DNA of 63,460 bases, counting the filler. It is 8 parts of 8 records of this genome, joined end to end, with 100 filler letters (N's around TTAATTAATTAA, not from the genome) between each part and the next. Parts side by side here need not be neighbours in the genome. Positions count along the whole stretch, not along the records: positions 1 to 24,519 come from SRR7504441_3544; 7 more parts are not named here. One strand, written 5' to 3'. This document shows, piece by piece, positions 1 through 14,100 of this stretch. The translations under genes were made by a program, and so were the position numbers. The stretch's first letter is position 1. The number at the start of each line of letters is the position of its first letter. The notes under the pieces were generated by a model, which saw nothing but the letters and a program-made list of their open reading frames with translations, did no database searches and was not told where the DNA came from.

Positions 1-556
1 GGCAGCCGAGCGGGCCAAGGAGCAGGCGGCCCTTCAGCGCGAGGCTGAGATCCAGCGGGCTGAGCAGGCGGCCCGCCAGGCCGAGGCGGTGCGCCAAGCT
101 GAGATGCACCGGGTCGAGCAGGCGCAGAGGGCACGGGCCGAGCAGCAGTCACGCGAGAGCAGCCAGCGGGCCAACCAGAACCAGCGGGCGCCGGACAGCA
201 CGCTGGCCCGGAGCCAAGCCGCGGTGGACGCTGCGATGGGAAACAGGCCCAAGCGGACCCCTCGGACTCCTCGTGAGATGCGGGAGAGCAGGCGGTCGCC
301 AGGAGGCCGGAGCGGCCGATCAGACGAGGAAAAGAAGGCGATGCGAGACCGGCAGAACGAGGAGCTGGCCGCGGAGAGGCAGGAGAGGGCGCATGGAATG
401 AGCTCGCAAGCGGCTCGCAATCCGGCTGGCCGGAGGGCAGAGATGTCAGCCAACGAGGCGCAGGCCCGGCTCCAGGCAGCCACTGCAGACTTAGACGAGG
501 ACGATCTAGCGGACTTCAACGCGATGATGGCCGAAGAGGCCGCAAAGCACAGTTAA
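1..556 (+). CDS. 3' end of a low-complexity coiled-coil (Q/E/A/R-rich) protein, 5' truncated
   Basis: The frame is open from the window start to TAA at 554-556, with repeated EIQRAEQAAR/EMHRVEQAQR-like heptads, followed by AT-rich intergenic DNA. Confidence 0.6.
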   Translation, partial: AAERAKEQAALQREAEIQRAEQAARQAEAVRQAEMHRVEQAQRARAEQQSRESSQRANQNQRAPDSTLARSQAAVDAAMGNRPKRTPRTPREMRESRRSPGGRSGRSDEEKKAMRDRQNEELAAERQERAHGMSSQAARNPAGRRAEMSANEAQARLQAATADLDEDDLADFNAMMAEEAAKHS

Positions 557-914
557 GCCGTGCTTTTGAGCTTAGTTTGAAAGGGGACGAGATCCATGTC
601 GGCCTCGCGATATAGTGAGATCTACGAGTTCCATCTCAATCATGCAATTGATGTCGTGGTGTGCACACGGGTCGACTTTCCTTTGTTAATAAAATAAATT
701 TGGGGAGATCATCCTATTTCGTGGCCTTTCAGTTTATTCACTTGCACTGGCTGAGTTTAGGGGGCAAAGAAGTACCTCTTACTGTAACTAGTATACGTAC
801 CGACGTTTTGTAGACTACATGTACGATGAATACGAGTCAGGGTACGTACCTTTATACCTGGTACGGTAGACTGGATCCGTTGGGGGCCCGGGCTTCGAAC
901 CACACACCCGCACC

Positions 915-1767
915 ATGGCCCGTGAAGCAGCATCCATCGACCCGGCCGCCACCCCCATGGCCCCGGCTCAAGTGCTCGTGGACCCTCTCGACCAGGCGCA
1001 GGGCTCGAAGCACTCCCTCGAGCCGAGCGACATCACCGTGACCCACAAAAAGACGAAGTTGTTGGACGGCGGCCTGCTGCGTCCTCAGGAGGACGAGACC
1101 GACAAGAATGAGGAGACTGACAAGAAGAAGCAGGAACAGAAGGACAAGCCCCCCATGGTGATCAAGAACGACCTCGATGCGATGGCCGAAGCGGTGCGCA
1201 GCCCGTCCGCCGCCTTGACGCGAGCACTGGCACAGTTGAAGGGCTGCGATCACCAGGAGATCCTGCAGCAGGCCGGATTCCCCGCGGGCGTCGAGTTCGA
1301 GGACCGGTCTCGCGCCGTATTGCTGCAGCGGCGAGCCGGCTGGTCAGCTTGAAAAAGGACTACGTCGAGGACGGGACTCTTCTGACCGATTCGCAGATGC
1401 CCAATTGGTGCTTCTGCCACCTGGACCCCGAGGCCAAGAAGGCACAGATCGCTCGCACTTGCACTGGCTGAGCCTAAGGGGGGCAGAAGAAGCACAGGAA
1501 GATGCTGTGCATATCTTGGGACGGCAGGGTGACATTCAGCCTCCCCCCTTCCGCTGCGAACTGGCTGGGCAGACCCTGAATACTCGGCTGATCAAATCCA
1601 AGAAGGTGCTTGTCAGCACCGAGATTGCCTGGGGCAAGCCCCTGACGTTCGAGATCTCCGATAGGACCAAGACAATGTTGGCTGCTGCGATTGCCTGCTC
1701 CCCGCCGGTAAACGGCAATGGGGTGATCCAAGCTCTGCCGCCTGCTTCCGAATGGGCTGTCAAGTGA
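915..1767 (+). CDS. Hypothetical protein, multi-exon
   Basis: ORFs 915-1352 and 1405-1767 can be joined by short GT-AG introns and have coding-like composition. No domain recognised. Confidence 0.55.
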
Positions 1768-2195
1768 TCCGAATGGCCCAATGCCATCTCGCAACTTGTG
1801 AAGATCGACCACGTCTCCCTCTTGATCTTCTCCGTGCCCGTCTCTTGGTCTGAATGAGAATTCGACGGTACACGGCTCGTTTTCTACTTACCATTGCATC
1901 AACTCCGTGTGCATAGCGTACTCGTATACCCGATGCGTTGAACTTGTGAGTGGGTAGTAAGTGGGTGACTGACTTGCAAATTATACATGTACGCATGCAG
2001 GCTAATCTGAATTGTGCTAATGTGTTACGAATCTGATGGGAATTTATAAAAAGTAATATTGAAAGTCATAAATTCAGGCTCGAGAGTGGGTACTCGACGT
2101 ACGCTCGAACTTGTTCTCAGCTTGTTCTCTCATTTCTAAAGCTACAAGTACGTATATGTGATGCTAATCATCAAAACTAATATAATTCCAGGTGC

Positions 2196-5100
2196 TTAGC
2201 CTGGTGGACGACGGTGGTCATCCTCATCTTTGCGCTCCGAAACGAGCCTGGACAGTGTAAAGGCCGCTTTGTTGCCCTGGGCCACTTTCTCCCAAAGCTT
2301 GGCCCTCTCGCCAGCCGATTTCTTGTGGAAGCCCTTGGCCAGTTTATGCTGCGCCTGCGAGTCGTTTTGCTGCTGTCGCATGAACTCATCCATCTCCTCC
2401 TTAGTCCAGTTTCGACCGACGGATGGACTCAGTGACTCGCCTGGTTGACTGCTGGACCTCACCTGGGAGTCTTGCACCGCTTCACTTGCATTGAAACCGT
2501 CCATCACGCTAGGTGCGCCTATTCCAGCCCCGCTGTCGTCGTCAGCTGCGGCATGGTTGCGAGCGTCCTGTGACCGCCGGCGCAAAGTTGCACCAAACTT
2601 TTGCACATTCTGGGCCTTGCTTACCTGCCTCTGCATATCGATCCTGCTGGCTGTCCTAGCAGCAGCCTCCAGGTCGCTATCTCTCAGATCGCTAGCTGCC
2701 TCTGTGATCATCCCTGCGAAATCCTCGTCCATCACCGATGATATTGACGATGCCTCTGAAAGCTCATCTGGAGAGGGCACTTTGGAGTGGCGCCGCCGAC
2801 CGCCGCGTTTGGCAGCTCCAACTTTCATGTAGTCGTCCTGGTCGTCTCCGTCGAGTTCGTCGTCCACGAACCCAAGCGCCACCACCAGCTCTCCAGTAAA
2901 ATGTGGCTGTCGAGTTGGACTACGCAAATGCAGCGAGCCTAAATCGTGCACCACCAAATTCTCACAACCAAAGCCAGTGCCGACACGAACAGCCATACCG
3001 GGCCGGAACCCAAGATTTGAGGAAACCTGCAGCACTGTCGAACCGACAGGCGCGTCCTCAATCAGCACAGTCCTGCCGTCCTGATCCACTGGAGCAGCCA
3101 TATACACTGGGGGCACAGAGGCCTCGATAGGGTCGGCTGCATGGCTTCCATGCTGGTCCATCTCCCAGTAAAGCCTATCAGCCATTGCGAGCAGTTCACT
3201 GCCTTGCCCAAAGCCGAGAGCTTTCCCGACTGCTCTGATCCGCTCGTCTGAAGGAACTGAGTCGGTTTGGAATAAGCTGCTGCCGACCAGCATCAGCTCG
3301 CCACACAGTGCCTCGACCGCTGGTTGCAGGTGGCGATAGTGCGAGTCCACCTTGATGGCAAGATCGGCCATCTGTCGCGTCTGTTCGCTGTTGAACCTCG
3401 GCGCCTCCTGTGGCAGACCAGCATTCGCATAGAAGAAGGCCCGCAGTGAAATCTTGCACAGGAACCAGATGAGTTCCATCAGCCAGGCCTCCATTTGCTC
3501 CTGGCATTGATCCTTTACATCCGGCCCACCAATCTCGATGATCTCAGTCAGCTGCATCCCTAGATCCTCTTTCACTTGCGAGATCTCATGGCAGTTGCTG
3601 AAGAAAGCCTCCGACAGTGATGGCACCACGTCTTCACCCAAGAGTGGCGAGTTTGGCTCTGACAGCGGAGATACGTCAGTTAGATCCCATGGAATCCCCT
3701 CATCGCCTGCGTATTCCTCAACAGCCTCGCGCTCGCGGTCGAATAGGGCCCGAACTTCCTCAAGCAAGTTGTCAAGCTCCATTTGAAGTGATTCAGCCTG
3801 CAGGTCGTCCACTGCGTTGCCTCTGCTGAACCGGCGCATGTCCATCTCCTGATCCACCAGATCCAGGTCAGCCCGACGGTTGTCTGGTTTGCGCTGTACA
3901 TTCAGGGCGTCTGATGCGAGTTTGTCGAAGATCTGATTGTAGATCCGAGTCTGATGGTTGAGCTCAAGCATGTCCTCGATCAGCAACTCACGCTCCTGAG
4001 GCGAAAAGTTGCGGAAAATGTTGGCCAGCACGTTGTAAATCCGTTTAGATGGGATTGCTGACACGTCCTGATAGAGTGAAATGATCACGCCCACAAATAG
4101 TTCGGCATAGAGCATGGCCACAATAAAGATGTAGGCCATGAACCAGAACCGGGCCGCTTCGCTGGTTTCCCACTCTGCAGAATACATGACACCATGCCAG
4201 CCCTCTCCAACAAATAGCTGGAACATGGTGTGCAGAGACCTAGCATATGTGTCAAAGAGCGAGACGCCATCATCATCCTTGGGCCCGTCACCAAAAATAT
4301 CGGAAGAGGACATTGCATAGAGCAAGATAACTACAACGAGCGAGAAGATGAGCGGCAGGCAAGCCACTGAAGCCAGCGCGAAAGTGTTAAGCATCTCGCT
4401 GGAACCTTCATTGCGGGTGATAGTCAGCAGCACTGTGACTGATGCTAGCAACCGCTGGATTCCGATCAGCGCCACTGTATTGTTGACATCGATATACAGC
4501 AGCAGAGAGCCAAAAAGTGCAATACATGATAAAATGGCGCTCGCCTGATATCCCAGCTGCATCTCAGGGCGCTCCTGGGAGGCGAAGTATGTACTGAAAC
4601 CAGACCGATGGATCTGGAAAATGATCTCAGCAATAAACAATGGCGGGAACGCTGCCAAGAAATAGTCGAGTGTATCATTGTAGGAGAAGTCAGAGCCATA
4701 GTTTCCATAGTTAGCGGCAACACAGAGTTGCCCCCAAGCAAGCAGCTGCATTAGCGTGTTGAAATCTGAGAGCCCAAGTCCCATCCGTTCAAACTTGTCC
4801 TCGCAAAGCTTTAGAATTTCAACCTCACCAGCAAGACTCTTATGCTCAATTGCCTCCAACTCCTGACGCTTTTCCTCACGCTGCTCATCGCCAATCACCT
4901 TCAACAGATCGTCTTGAATCTCTGTCATTTCATTCTTGGTCCGCATCAACTCAGCCTCCTCGCGCAGAATCTCGTCATCTGCGAGTCTAGAGCACAGCTT
5001 GGCAAGGCAGATCAGCCTATCAAACTCAATCACTGACAGCTGCCGGCTTGAGTCAGTGTCAAGGAAATTGAACACCTCGCGTAGCTTCCATTTATGGAGC

Positions 5101-8100
5101 TGTACCATCTGCACCAGCAGCTGCACATGGCGAGATATCTTGCTCTTGGTCTTGTGTCTTGAGAGTCCGTACATGTTAACAGTCAGGTCCTCCTCCAGGA
5201 GCTCGTAAATATTTCTCTCCTCGGCCAACTGATCGTCTCCCCAGTCGTCCGCCTCGAGCTTATTCTCGTCCCGCCATTCCTGGTAAGTCAACTCTTCAAC
5301 CTTCAGCTGCACATGCTGTGCCATCCGAATTGAAGCAAGCGTCAGCTTCTTCAGCTTGTCCCTGCTGTCGGGCAGATAAAGAGGCAGCATGGTCTCTTCA
5401 AAGACATAGCGCAGCTTTCGGGCTGCAAAAGTCTTCTGGCCGTAATTGTCCATCATGCACCTGAGCGATTCGTTGCTGTTGTACAAGACCCTGTGAGTCG
5501 ACTGAAACAGATGTGTCAACTCCTTAAGTCGGATCTTCTGATCAGTTGTCATTCCTGCCACTGTCTCTGAATCCCGCTTTGAACTGCTCCGCCGACCAGA
5601 AGATTTGAGCAGTTCATTTATATCATGCCGAATAGCCTGGTCGCCATCAGGGTTGAGCAGAATCTCCTTGACAAAATTCTCAGGCAAGTCGCCACCAAGC
5701 AACGGCATGTACTCATGCAGCATGGCCTTGAGTGCCATCCGGTCGCGCCCCTCTCTGCATGTCCCAGGCATCTTCCTCGTGTCATCCTCAGATAACCAGC
5801 CTGCACTTCGAATATAGTCCAGGTGTGTCTCATACTGCAGCATACAGCACAGCGACACCAGTGCCTTGACTTCTGGCTGGTATTTGCGGAGCACCCGTGT
5901 CTGGTTTGCCTTCAGCTCACTGAATACCAGATCCATGATCTCGCGCACTTTGTTTAACCAAGAGACCTGGTCAGATAGATCACCTCCACGTGACTGCTGC
6001 ATCATCAAGTGTTCAAACATGATTGGGCTCATTGCTGCCTGGTGGCTTTCACCTTCGACCATTTCAATATGTGACTGGTTCAGCTTGCTATCACGGCCAA
6101 AGGATTTGGACTTCCTGACACCTGATGATGTCAACATATTTTTATCATTCCTTTGAGTGTTGATCCAAACCAAAAAGGTGGCTGCCAGGGCAGTCCACAG
6201 TCGTCGCCGTTCAGGAGTTGATCTTCCTTCTTTGCTTCTGTCATATGCAGATGCAAATATTTCAATCAGGAGAGACGAAATAAAGAACAGTCCAATGAGA
6301 GAGCACAGGACAAACAGCAGAGCATAGGCGGCATTGATGTCCAGTGCAGGCTCAACAGCCTCTACAAAGTTCTCGCCTGTTGCCAGATAGACGTACATAG
6401 TGGTCCCAGACTGAAAAAATGTGCTGTATTGATCGTCTTCATAGAAGTCCCCAGTCGAATATTGTCCATGAAGCAGCATGGTTACCATTGCTGAAATGAC
6501 GAGGATAATCAGGAAGAACAGTTCAATCACTGGTCCTGCAACTACCATTGCTGACAAGAATAAAGGCCATGCGCTCCATGTCTCTTCGTTACGAATAACA
6601 GCCATGATTGGGAAAACATAGTAAGTCACCAGAGCTCCGCTGCTATTTGGACACGACAAGATGAACAAAAGCGGATAAAGGCAGCCCTGACCAAGCATGT
6701 GGCCTTTGATACGCCAGGGAATTTTGCACTCTTCGCCCAGATGGTTGCGGTATTTGGTCCCACGAGAGCGAACCATAATAAAGAAAACTAGGATCAGCAT
6801 GTCCAGCCCCAGGCAGATTTGCAATGGTATGCGTATCCACATGTACTGCTCCTGCATAAATGTCAGCGCGATGAGACCACCAAGCAGCCCATTGACCAGG
6901 AAACGGTACAACGGTCGCTGGGTGATCCGGTAGAGGAACAGCAGGCCTTTCCGCAGGCCAGGGCCAGTCTGAATCAGAAGCTGCATCCTGAGCAGCACAT
7001 CATTGCCCCTAAATGTATCAACCAAGAACGACACGGCAATACGTTCAAGCACTTCCTCAGGCTCCACAAGCTCTTCCGGATTGGTCATGGATGTGAGCCC
7101 AAACTTGCCCTCAAGCTCTGGAAGCTCCTTCCGCCGCGGCTTTTGATCGCTAAACCTGAAGTATAGGGCATCAAGATACTTCTTCATGGTCAGCTCCATG
7201 TCGTGCAGGTAAGGGTGTTTCTTAGCAGCAGCAAAACGCTTGATGATTGTGCCAGCATCATCTCTTGTGACCTCTGACACGTCCTTGGCCCTTTGCCACA
7301 TTTTCGAGGTGACATGAATTGTCAGGAACACACTAACTAGTATGACGGCCAGGCAGGTAGAAATAGCTCCTTCATAATCTTCGTAAAATTGCGCTCGAGC
7401 TACAGAAGAAACTGCCACGAAACTTCCAGTCTCAAGAGCTGGACTGCTGTTCCACTGCATCTGATCAGAGCTCACAAGGTTATGGCCCTTGAGTGTGCCT
7501 CCAGCCTCAGACCAGTCATAGTCAGTGTCTGCATTGATTGCTGCAGCCGCATCTGAAATGTAATCATCATCACATGAGAGTGCGTTGGTGCCAGTTGTTA
7601 TCCCAGATGAACTGCTCAGCACAACACCAGTTGTATCAGTTATTGCAAGACTGCCTGTAATTCCAGCAAGCAGCGAGGTAAGAGTCGTCTGGAGGGTACT
7701 GATCCTCCATTCAGCAGCCCAGATGCCTACTCCTGTTGCGCCAGCTGTTGGTGGCCACTGATCATTTGTAGAACTTGCGGTACATTCCGGGCCTGTGCTG
7801 CATGCTTTGCCTACTGCAGCAAGGTAATCAATATTGTATGTGTTGGTGAAGGCATTGCTGAGGGTAGATTCACGGCCTGTGGGGTACCATGATGTGTAGC
7901 GCGGGTCGTAGTAGCAGTCACTTGGATAATTGGTGCTGTCAGCTGTGGTGGTATCTGACGAGCTAGTGTATGTGTATGTCTGAAGGCTGTATGTCTGGCC
8001 ACAGGCTGTTCCACTGCCGGTATATTGGCTGCGCACAGTTGTATAGCTTGCTGCGCCGCCATTGGTTGGGCTAGTATACTGTGCTCCTTGTGCCAGACCA

Positions 8101-11100
8101 TCAGTTGCTGTCCCAAACATGAGAGTCTGCATTGCATTGCTGGTATAGTAATCCGCCATCAGCACTGAGGTCCACTTGTTGATGACGTCGAGTCCTGTAG
8201 TACATGATGTAGTGCACCCGTTACCACTTGTTGTTGTTCCAGCACTCGCTCGCCACCACAACCTGACAGATTGCTTGACTAACGAGGTTGAACTGTCTAA
8301 TTTCACTCCTAAGGCCACATCAACAGAGCTTGTGATCTGGGTTCCAAAGTCATCCACTGCGTGACGGTGGTTCACTGACAGATAAATGAGCCAAATGATA
8401 GCAATAATGAACATCAGGATCAGAACAGACCACCACATTGCATTCACTTGCCACTTTTTGCCTAAGAGCATGTTGAAGTCATAGGACCTGAAATTGCTGG
8501 CTTTCTTCTCAGCATCATATCTTTCATCATCTGCATCAACTGCATCATCCTCACCCTTGTTGGCAGTCAGAACCATGATAATTGGCCAGACAGCAAGACA
8601 AACAGTCACAAGCGCGACTAAAGCAAAGAGGGCAATAGTGGCATAGCATGTTGACTCCAGCCAAGTGCGGTAAGAATCACCGGGCAGCGCATTGACAAGC
8701 ATGAGCTCCAGGCCGGTCACAGTTGTCTCCAATCTCTTAAGTGAGGACGACGGATCTCCTGGATCAATGCCTGTTTCAAGAAGATTGCTCTTAGGCGCGA
8801 GGGAGATGTAAGCCGGGGCTGTTGGGGTGGTGAGAGGACACTGCTCTTCTACCTGGTCGTATGATATTGCAGTGTAAATTGTTTCAGAGTTAGTCCACAG
8901 CGAGTTCCACGAGCCAACCCGAGACTCGAGGCTGGCTGCGCTCTGCCCTGTGAGTCCACCCACCGAGCTGGGATACACAGCTGTTGATGAGTGCAACTGA
9001 GATGCAACACTACTCTCAGTGGAGGCCATGAGTGTTGTACTTGAGCCTGTTGTGGACACAATATAGATCTCACCCTTGACTGGCTTTGCCTCACTGATAT
9101 ATGAAGCAAGCTGCCTTCCGTCAAGCTCTGCACCAAACACAAGAGCAAGGTTGTTGGAGGCAAGTGTCTTTTGCTGCATATATCGAAGGCCCATATAGCC
9201 AGATGAGATTGATTCGACAGCTACTGAATCAGCCCCAGCTCCGAGAGCCTGTGCTGTCGTGTACCAGCTTTGGCTGGGTACATCGCTGCAGACAGTTGTT
9301 CCAAGGGGACCATAGCTTGTAGTCACCCAATTGCTGGCAGTGGTATCCAGTCCTGTTGTTGCCTGGTATGGTGACTCATAGCACAATCCGCTTTTGTACA
9401 GTCGGGCATACCAGCCTGAGTTTGCAGTACTATACTCGGTTGAGAACACAAAAGGACTTGCCTGCCACACAACAAAGGTGGCTCCATTTGTGTTCAGAAA
9501 TGGCATCTTGGCACTGGTCATAAGCATCATCACATCCAGCAGAGTGCCACTGATGTAAGGAGCTGCTGCCAGTGTTGAGTCAATTGCTACAGCTGGAGCA
9601 GTATCAAAGACACTGTTGCCATACATTGTAGCTGTCCGTTGAACGTAGCTGATAACATCATTTGTAAGCCAATCAGTGACAATCTGGGTGTGACTTTGTG
9701 CTTGGCATTGGATCATCCTCTTGTCCTCATTCAGAATGTCAAATGTCTTGTTGCTCATTGCTACCAGCAGCCAGAAGAGCCCTGCAATCACGAGTAGCAC
9801 AATGGCAATACCAATGCTGACAGTATACCACTTCAGCGAATTGATCTCATTCATGGTTTCTTCAACAAAGGTGGAGTGCCGTGGCTGTGGACCAGCTGTT
9901 GGGCGCCTCTTGACAATTGGGCAACCATTGTGGTACTCTTCCGACTCGTCATTCGCATAATCGTCATTCTCATACTCGTCAGCCTTTGCTGCGGCTGGAG
10001 CATGTGTACTGACTCCTATTTCTACCAACTCCACTGAACTGTTTCCGCTGTAGCGTGGGCTTACAACAGGTTCCAGTGCTGGAGCGCTTCCCATGGGTGC
10101 CATTGATGAGACAGGTTCAAGCTCGATCCCAGGAGCTGTGCTTGTATCTGCGCCCGCGCCTGTGCCTGTACCTGCACCTGTACCTGTGCCTGACTGCCCC
10201 AGCGAGCTGTGGACGGGTGATTTGGGCACAAACAAGTCGTCCAGGTTGTCCAACTTCTGTTCCATGTATTGCTTGCTGGTTGGTGACATGGCTTGCAGTG
10301 CAGCCATTCTTGCTGTTCCCTGCATTTCTTCCAGGCCCCTCAGATCTTTCTGTGCTACCATGTTCTCCAGTCTTAGCCTGTACAGCTCCACCTTAAGCCA
10401 GGTGTATGTAGACATGATATACTCCAGGTGGGCGTCTGTGATGTACAGTGAGCTCTGGGTACCATCCCCAGCATCCCTCTTTTCCAGCCCCTGGGCATCA
10501 CCTAACATCTTCCTGATCATCTCTTCAAGTGTGATTTCTTCATCAAGCTCGTCCAGATCTTCTTGCTCATCTATAACGTGGCGCGAGAGTCGGAATTCAA
10601 TAGATGACAATGCATCAAACTCCACATCACGGTCTATTTTGCTGAAAAGGTTGTCATACGGCTTTGCATGCATTACATCGTAAATATCAGGATCGAGATC
10701 AGCGATCTCGATTGCAGAGTGAAGGTAACGCATCTTTCGATTCAGTCTCAGCAGGTCGTCCTTAATTGCATCCCGCTCTACAGAGTTAAAGTCCATGTAC
10801 AGCTCGCGCAAAAGGTTGTAGAGCCTCGCTGACTTCAGAGATTCAACCTCTGTGTAGAGATTGATAATGACACCAACAAATAGCTGCGAGAAGAGCATGC
10901 CCACGAGGATAATGTATCCCATGAAAAAATACCTGGCAGCTTCTGTAGTTCCATCCATTGCAGAGTACATGACATCATGCCACCCTTCTCCGACAAACAA
11001 GCGAAACATCGTGGTCAGCGAGCGCGCATATGTGTCGAAGTAAGGATTCTTGTTACCATCAACTGCTTTGCTACCAAAGATGTCACGTGCTGCTACTGCT

Positions 11101-14100
11101 GCCAGACAAATCACCACTAGCATCGAAATCACCAGTGGCAAACAGGCTGAAACCACTGAAGCCAATGACTGCAACATCTTGGTAAAGCTAGATGAGTTGG
11201 TGAAAATACGCAAGCATGAGAATCCTGTCAGGAAGCGGGCGGTGTTGAGGCCTATTGGACACGAAGACTGGAATGAGAGAAAAATCGCACCAGTCATAGA
11301 TGCAACAATCAAGAGGATTGCTGCTTGGTGTCTGAAGAAAAGCTCGGGCCGCCGCTCACATCGGAAGTACTCAGTGAAGCCCCAGTATAACATTGTCAAA
11401 ACAATCTCAAGTAAGAAAATTCCAGTGCAGCCAATCATAAGCCAGTCAAGCAGGTAGATATCGAAGCCACCAAAGTACATGGCGGCTATTAGCACATTGC
11501 CCCAAGTCAGCAAGTAAAATAGAAGGTTGAGTTCCTCCACCCACCATTCGGTTGATGAGGCACTGACCTCATATGATTGCAACTCGAGCCGTGCCTGGTC
11601 TTGGAATAGTGAGAAGAGCACTTTCTCCTCCAGATTCAAACTCGGAATCTTCAGTCGATACCTGACAACACAGGGTTCAGATGGAGCCCAAGGCCATCTA
11701 GTTACCGCAGTTCCTGGAATTCTTCCCAATTCAGTTCGCCGTCCTCCTCGCCATACCACTTCTCAACCTCCTTGAACATAGATCGGATCTCACTCTCGCT
11801 ATGCTTGATATCCGGGAGCATTTGCAACCCAGCAACAAGCTCTGCCATACTCACTGTACCTTGGTTATCCACATCCAGCTGTTCAAAGAGGAATCTGCAT
11901 TCAGCTAACTCTTCTGGGGTTAACTTTTGCTCTCCAGTAGTCGCATCCGATGAGTAGCGAAGTGATGGGTCCAAGAACGACCAGCTTTGTTGAATGGCCC
12001 CATCTTGTGACATAGAATTCCGCAGCTCACGCTGCCATTGGAAGTCGACTTCACCGGTGCTCACCTCCTTGGCTTGGCACTTGCCACGCCCCTGTCGAAT
12101 GGCTTTCTGGAAATCAGACAGGTCCTGATCTACCACCACGCGCTCAGCATCGATTCGGAGAGCTTTGGATGCAACAAGTTCCCCTGTCATCTTACCAATC
12201 CGATAAACACGTTCAAACTCGAGAGGTGAGAGTGTAGCGTTGCCTGACGTATCCAAGTGGATGAAGATCCGGTGAAATCGCCACTTTTGAAGGAATACAC
12301 GGTGCACCAAGTTAATCAGCCGAGCAGTCACATCAAAGCCCTGATCACCCGGCTGGTTGTAGCGTATAAAATGCTGCTGGATGGACATCATGGCTCTTTT
12401 GAGGTTGGTATTGCTTGGACAGTGACCTCGCGTCCAATTAACATTGGCCCATAGACTGTCCTCATAATCCTCATCCTCGCGCCACTGTTGGTCGCCTTTA
12501 CTCTGAAGTACACCATACCCTGTGACAACAAGCTTGCGCTTCCTTTTGAAAAGCCCGCACGCCTTGTCTTCTGGATAGTACCTCTCCATGGGCACTTCGC
12601 AGTGGTCGTCATGGTACACTGAGTTGAATAAGCCTGCAATCTCAAGCAACTGCTCGTACAAATTCGGGAAAATCATATCAGCACAGATATCAAGGAGCAC
12701 AACAATCCTTTCTTTGAGTGCCTCGGGCTGCACCACTTTTTCTTGCGTCTGTCGACGCACATCCTCTGTGAGGGTCTTTGTTGTTGAGTGAATGTCATCA
12801 ATCCAATGTTGACCTCGCTTTGCAGTGTCTCCAAGTCCAAATCTATACCGCGGCATCAGCTCTGGACCTTCGCGCTGAGCAACCATCAGGTCTACAAAGT
12901 CCTCCAAAGACATGCCTTTCTCACTGAATGCAACGTAGCTTGGATCCTTGCACTTGCGCATGGCACCATTGAAGAGAGCGCAGGTCATGTGGGAATGTCT
13001 CACCCATACTTCCATCACGGCGACAAGCGAGAACCATTCACGGCGGCGCTGTGCTGAGTGCATTGTTTTCTTGTTCTCATAGTAGCTTTCAGCAAAAGCT
13101 TCAATCAGAAGAGATGTGATAAAGAAGGTGCCTATCAGGGACACAATCAGGAAGAAGGTACTATACCATAAGCTCATATTCAGGGCAGACGAAGTGGCCT
13201 CAATGTAATTTTCACCAGAGCTCAGGTAGATGAACATTGTAGTGAAGGCAGTATTGAAATCTGCATACTGTGCGTCTGTGTAAAAGTCACCAGTCTTGTA
13301 TTTGCCTGAGAGTAAAAGGCATGACATGGCTGAAGTAGAGAGCAACAGGCACATGAAGAGGTGCAGCACACGCCCTGCAGAGGCAAAGGAATATCCGAAT
13401 GCAACCAGTGATTGCCACATGATTTTGTTCCTCACAATGACAAGCGCGGGGTAGATATAGTGGGTGGTACTGCGGAGGGCCTGGTCATCTTTGCTTCGGC
13501 TCCATAGGCTCAAAAAAACCACTACCGACCACAGGCAAGGAATGAGAACAACGTAGATGATGAATTCTCCGCGGATGTGGTACCCAATTGAGAATTTGAT
13601 GCCACATACACTAAATTCCCGAGGATCGTGTTCCCGGCTCTTTGCGCGAATAATCTGGAAAACAGACCCACAACAGGTGTCCAAGCCAAGTACGAAGATA
13701 AAAATTCCTTGCATCAGGTAATAGGCATCTTCGTTGATATCGTCCCAGGCTTCTTCACGCAGAATTTCAAGCACCACTAACGCAAAGATCATGGCATTGG
13801 CCAGCGCGTTTGAGAACCATGACTGCCAACACACAAAGGTAATTACAGAGTACATACTTTTGCAGTGCCTAAACTAAATACTATACAAGTGAGTGTAGGT
13901 AGGTTCAGGGCACCTGGTACAGAGGCCAAATCCAATTGAGGAATCCAATCAGCCAAGGTCTGAAACCCCAGTCTCCAACCTCATCATACACGCGAGCTTT
14001 GATCAGTTCAAGCATCAGCCGGGTCATCGCATCATGCCCAAAGAGACCATCGCGCATAAATTCGACTGCCTGGCGTCGCATTTCTTTTGAGACATGCTCC

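Noticed and set aside
2196-13855. Calling the channel an ordinary CaV/NaV alpha1 subunit
   Set aside because: EF-hand linkers within each domain pair, uncharged S4 segments, and ~1,100 aa of TM-Cache insert between repeats II and III do not fit.
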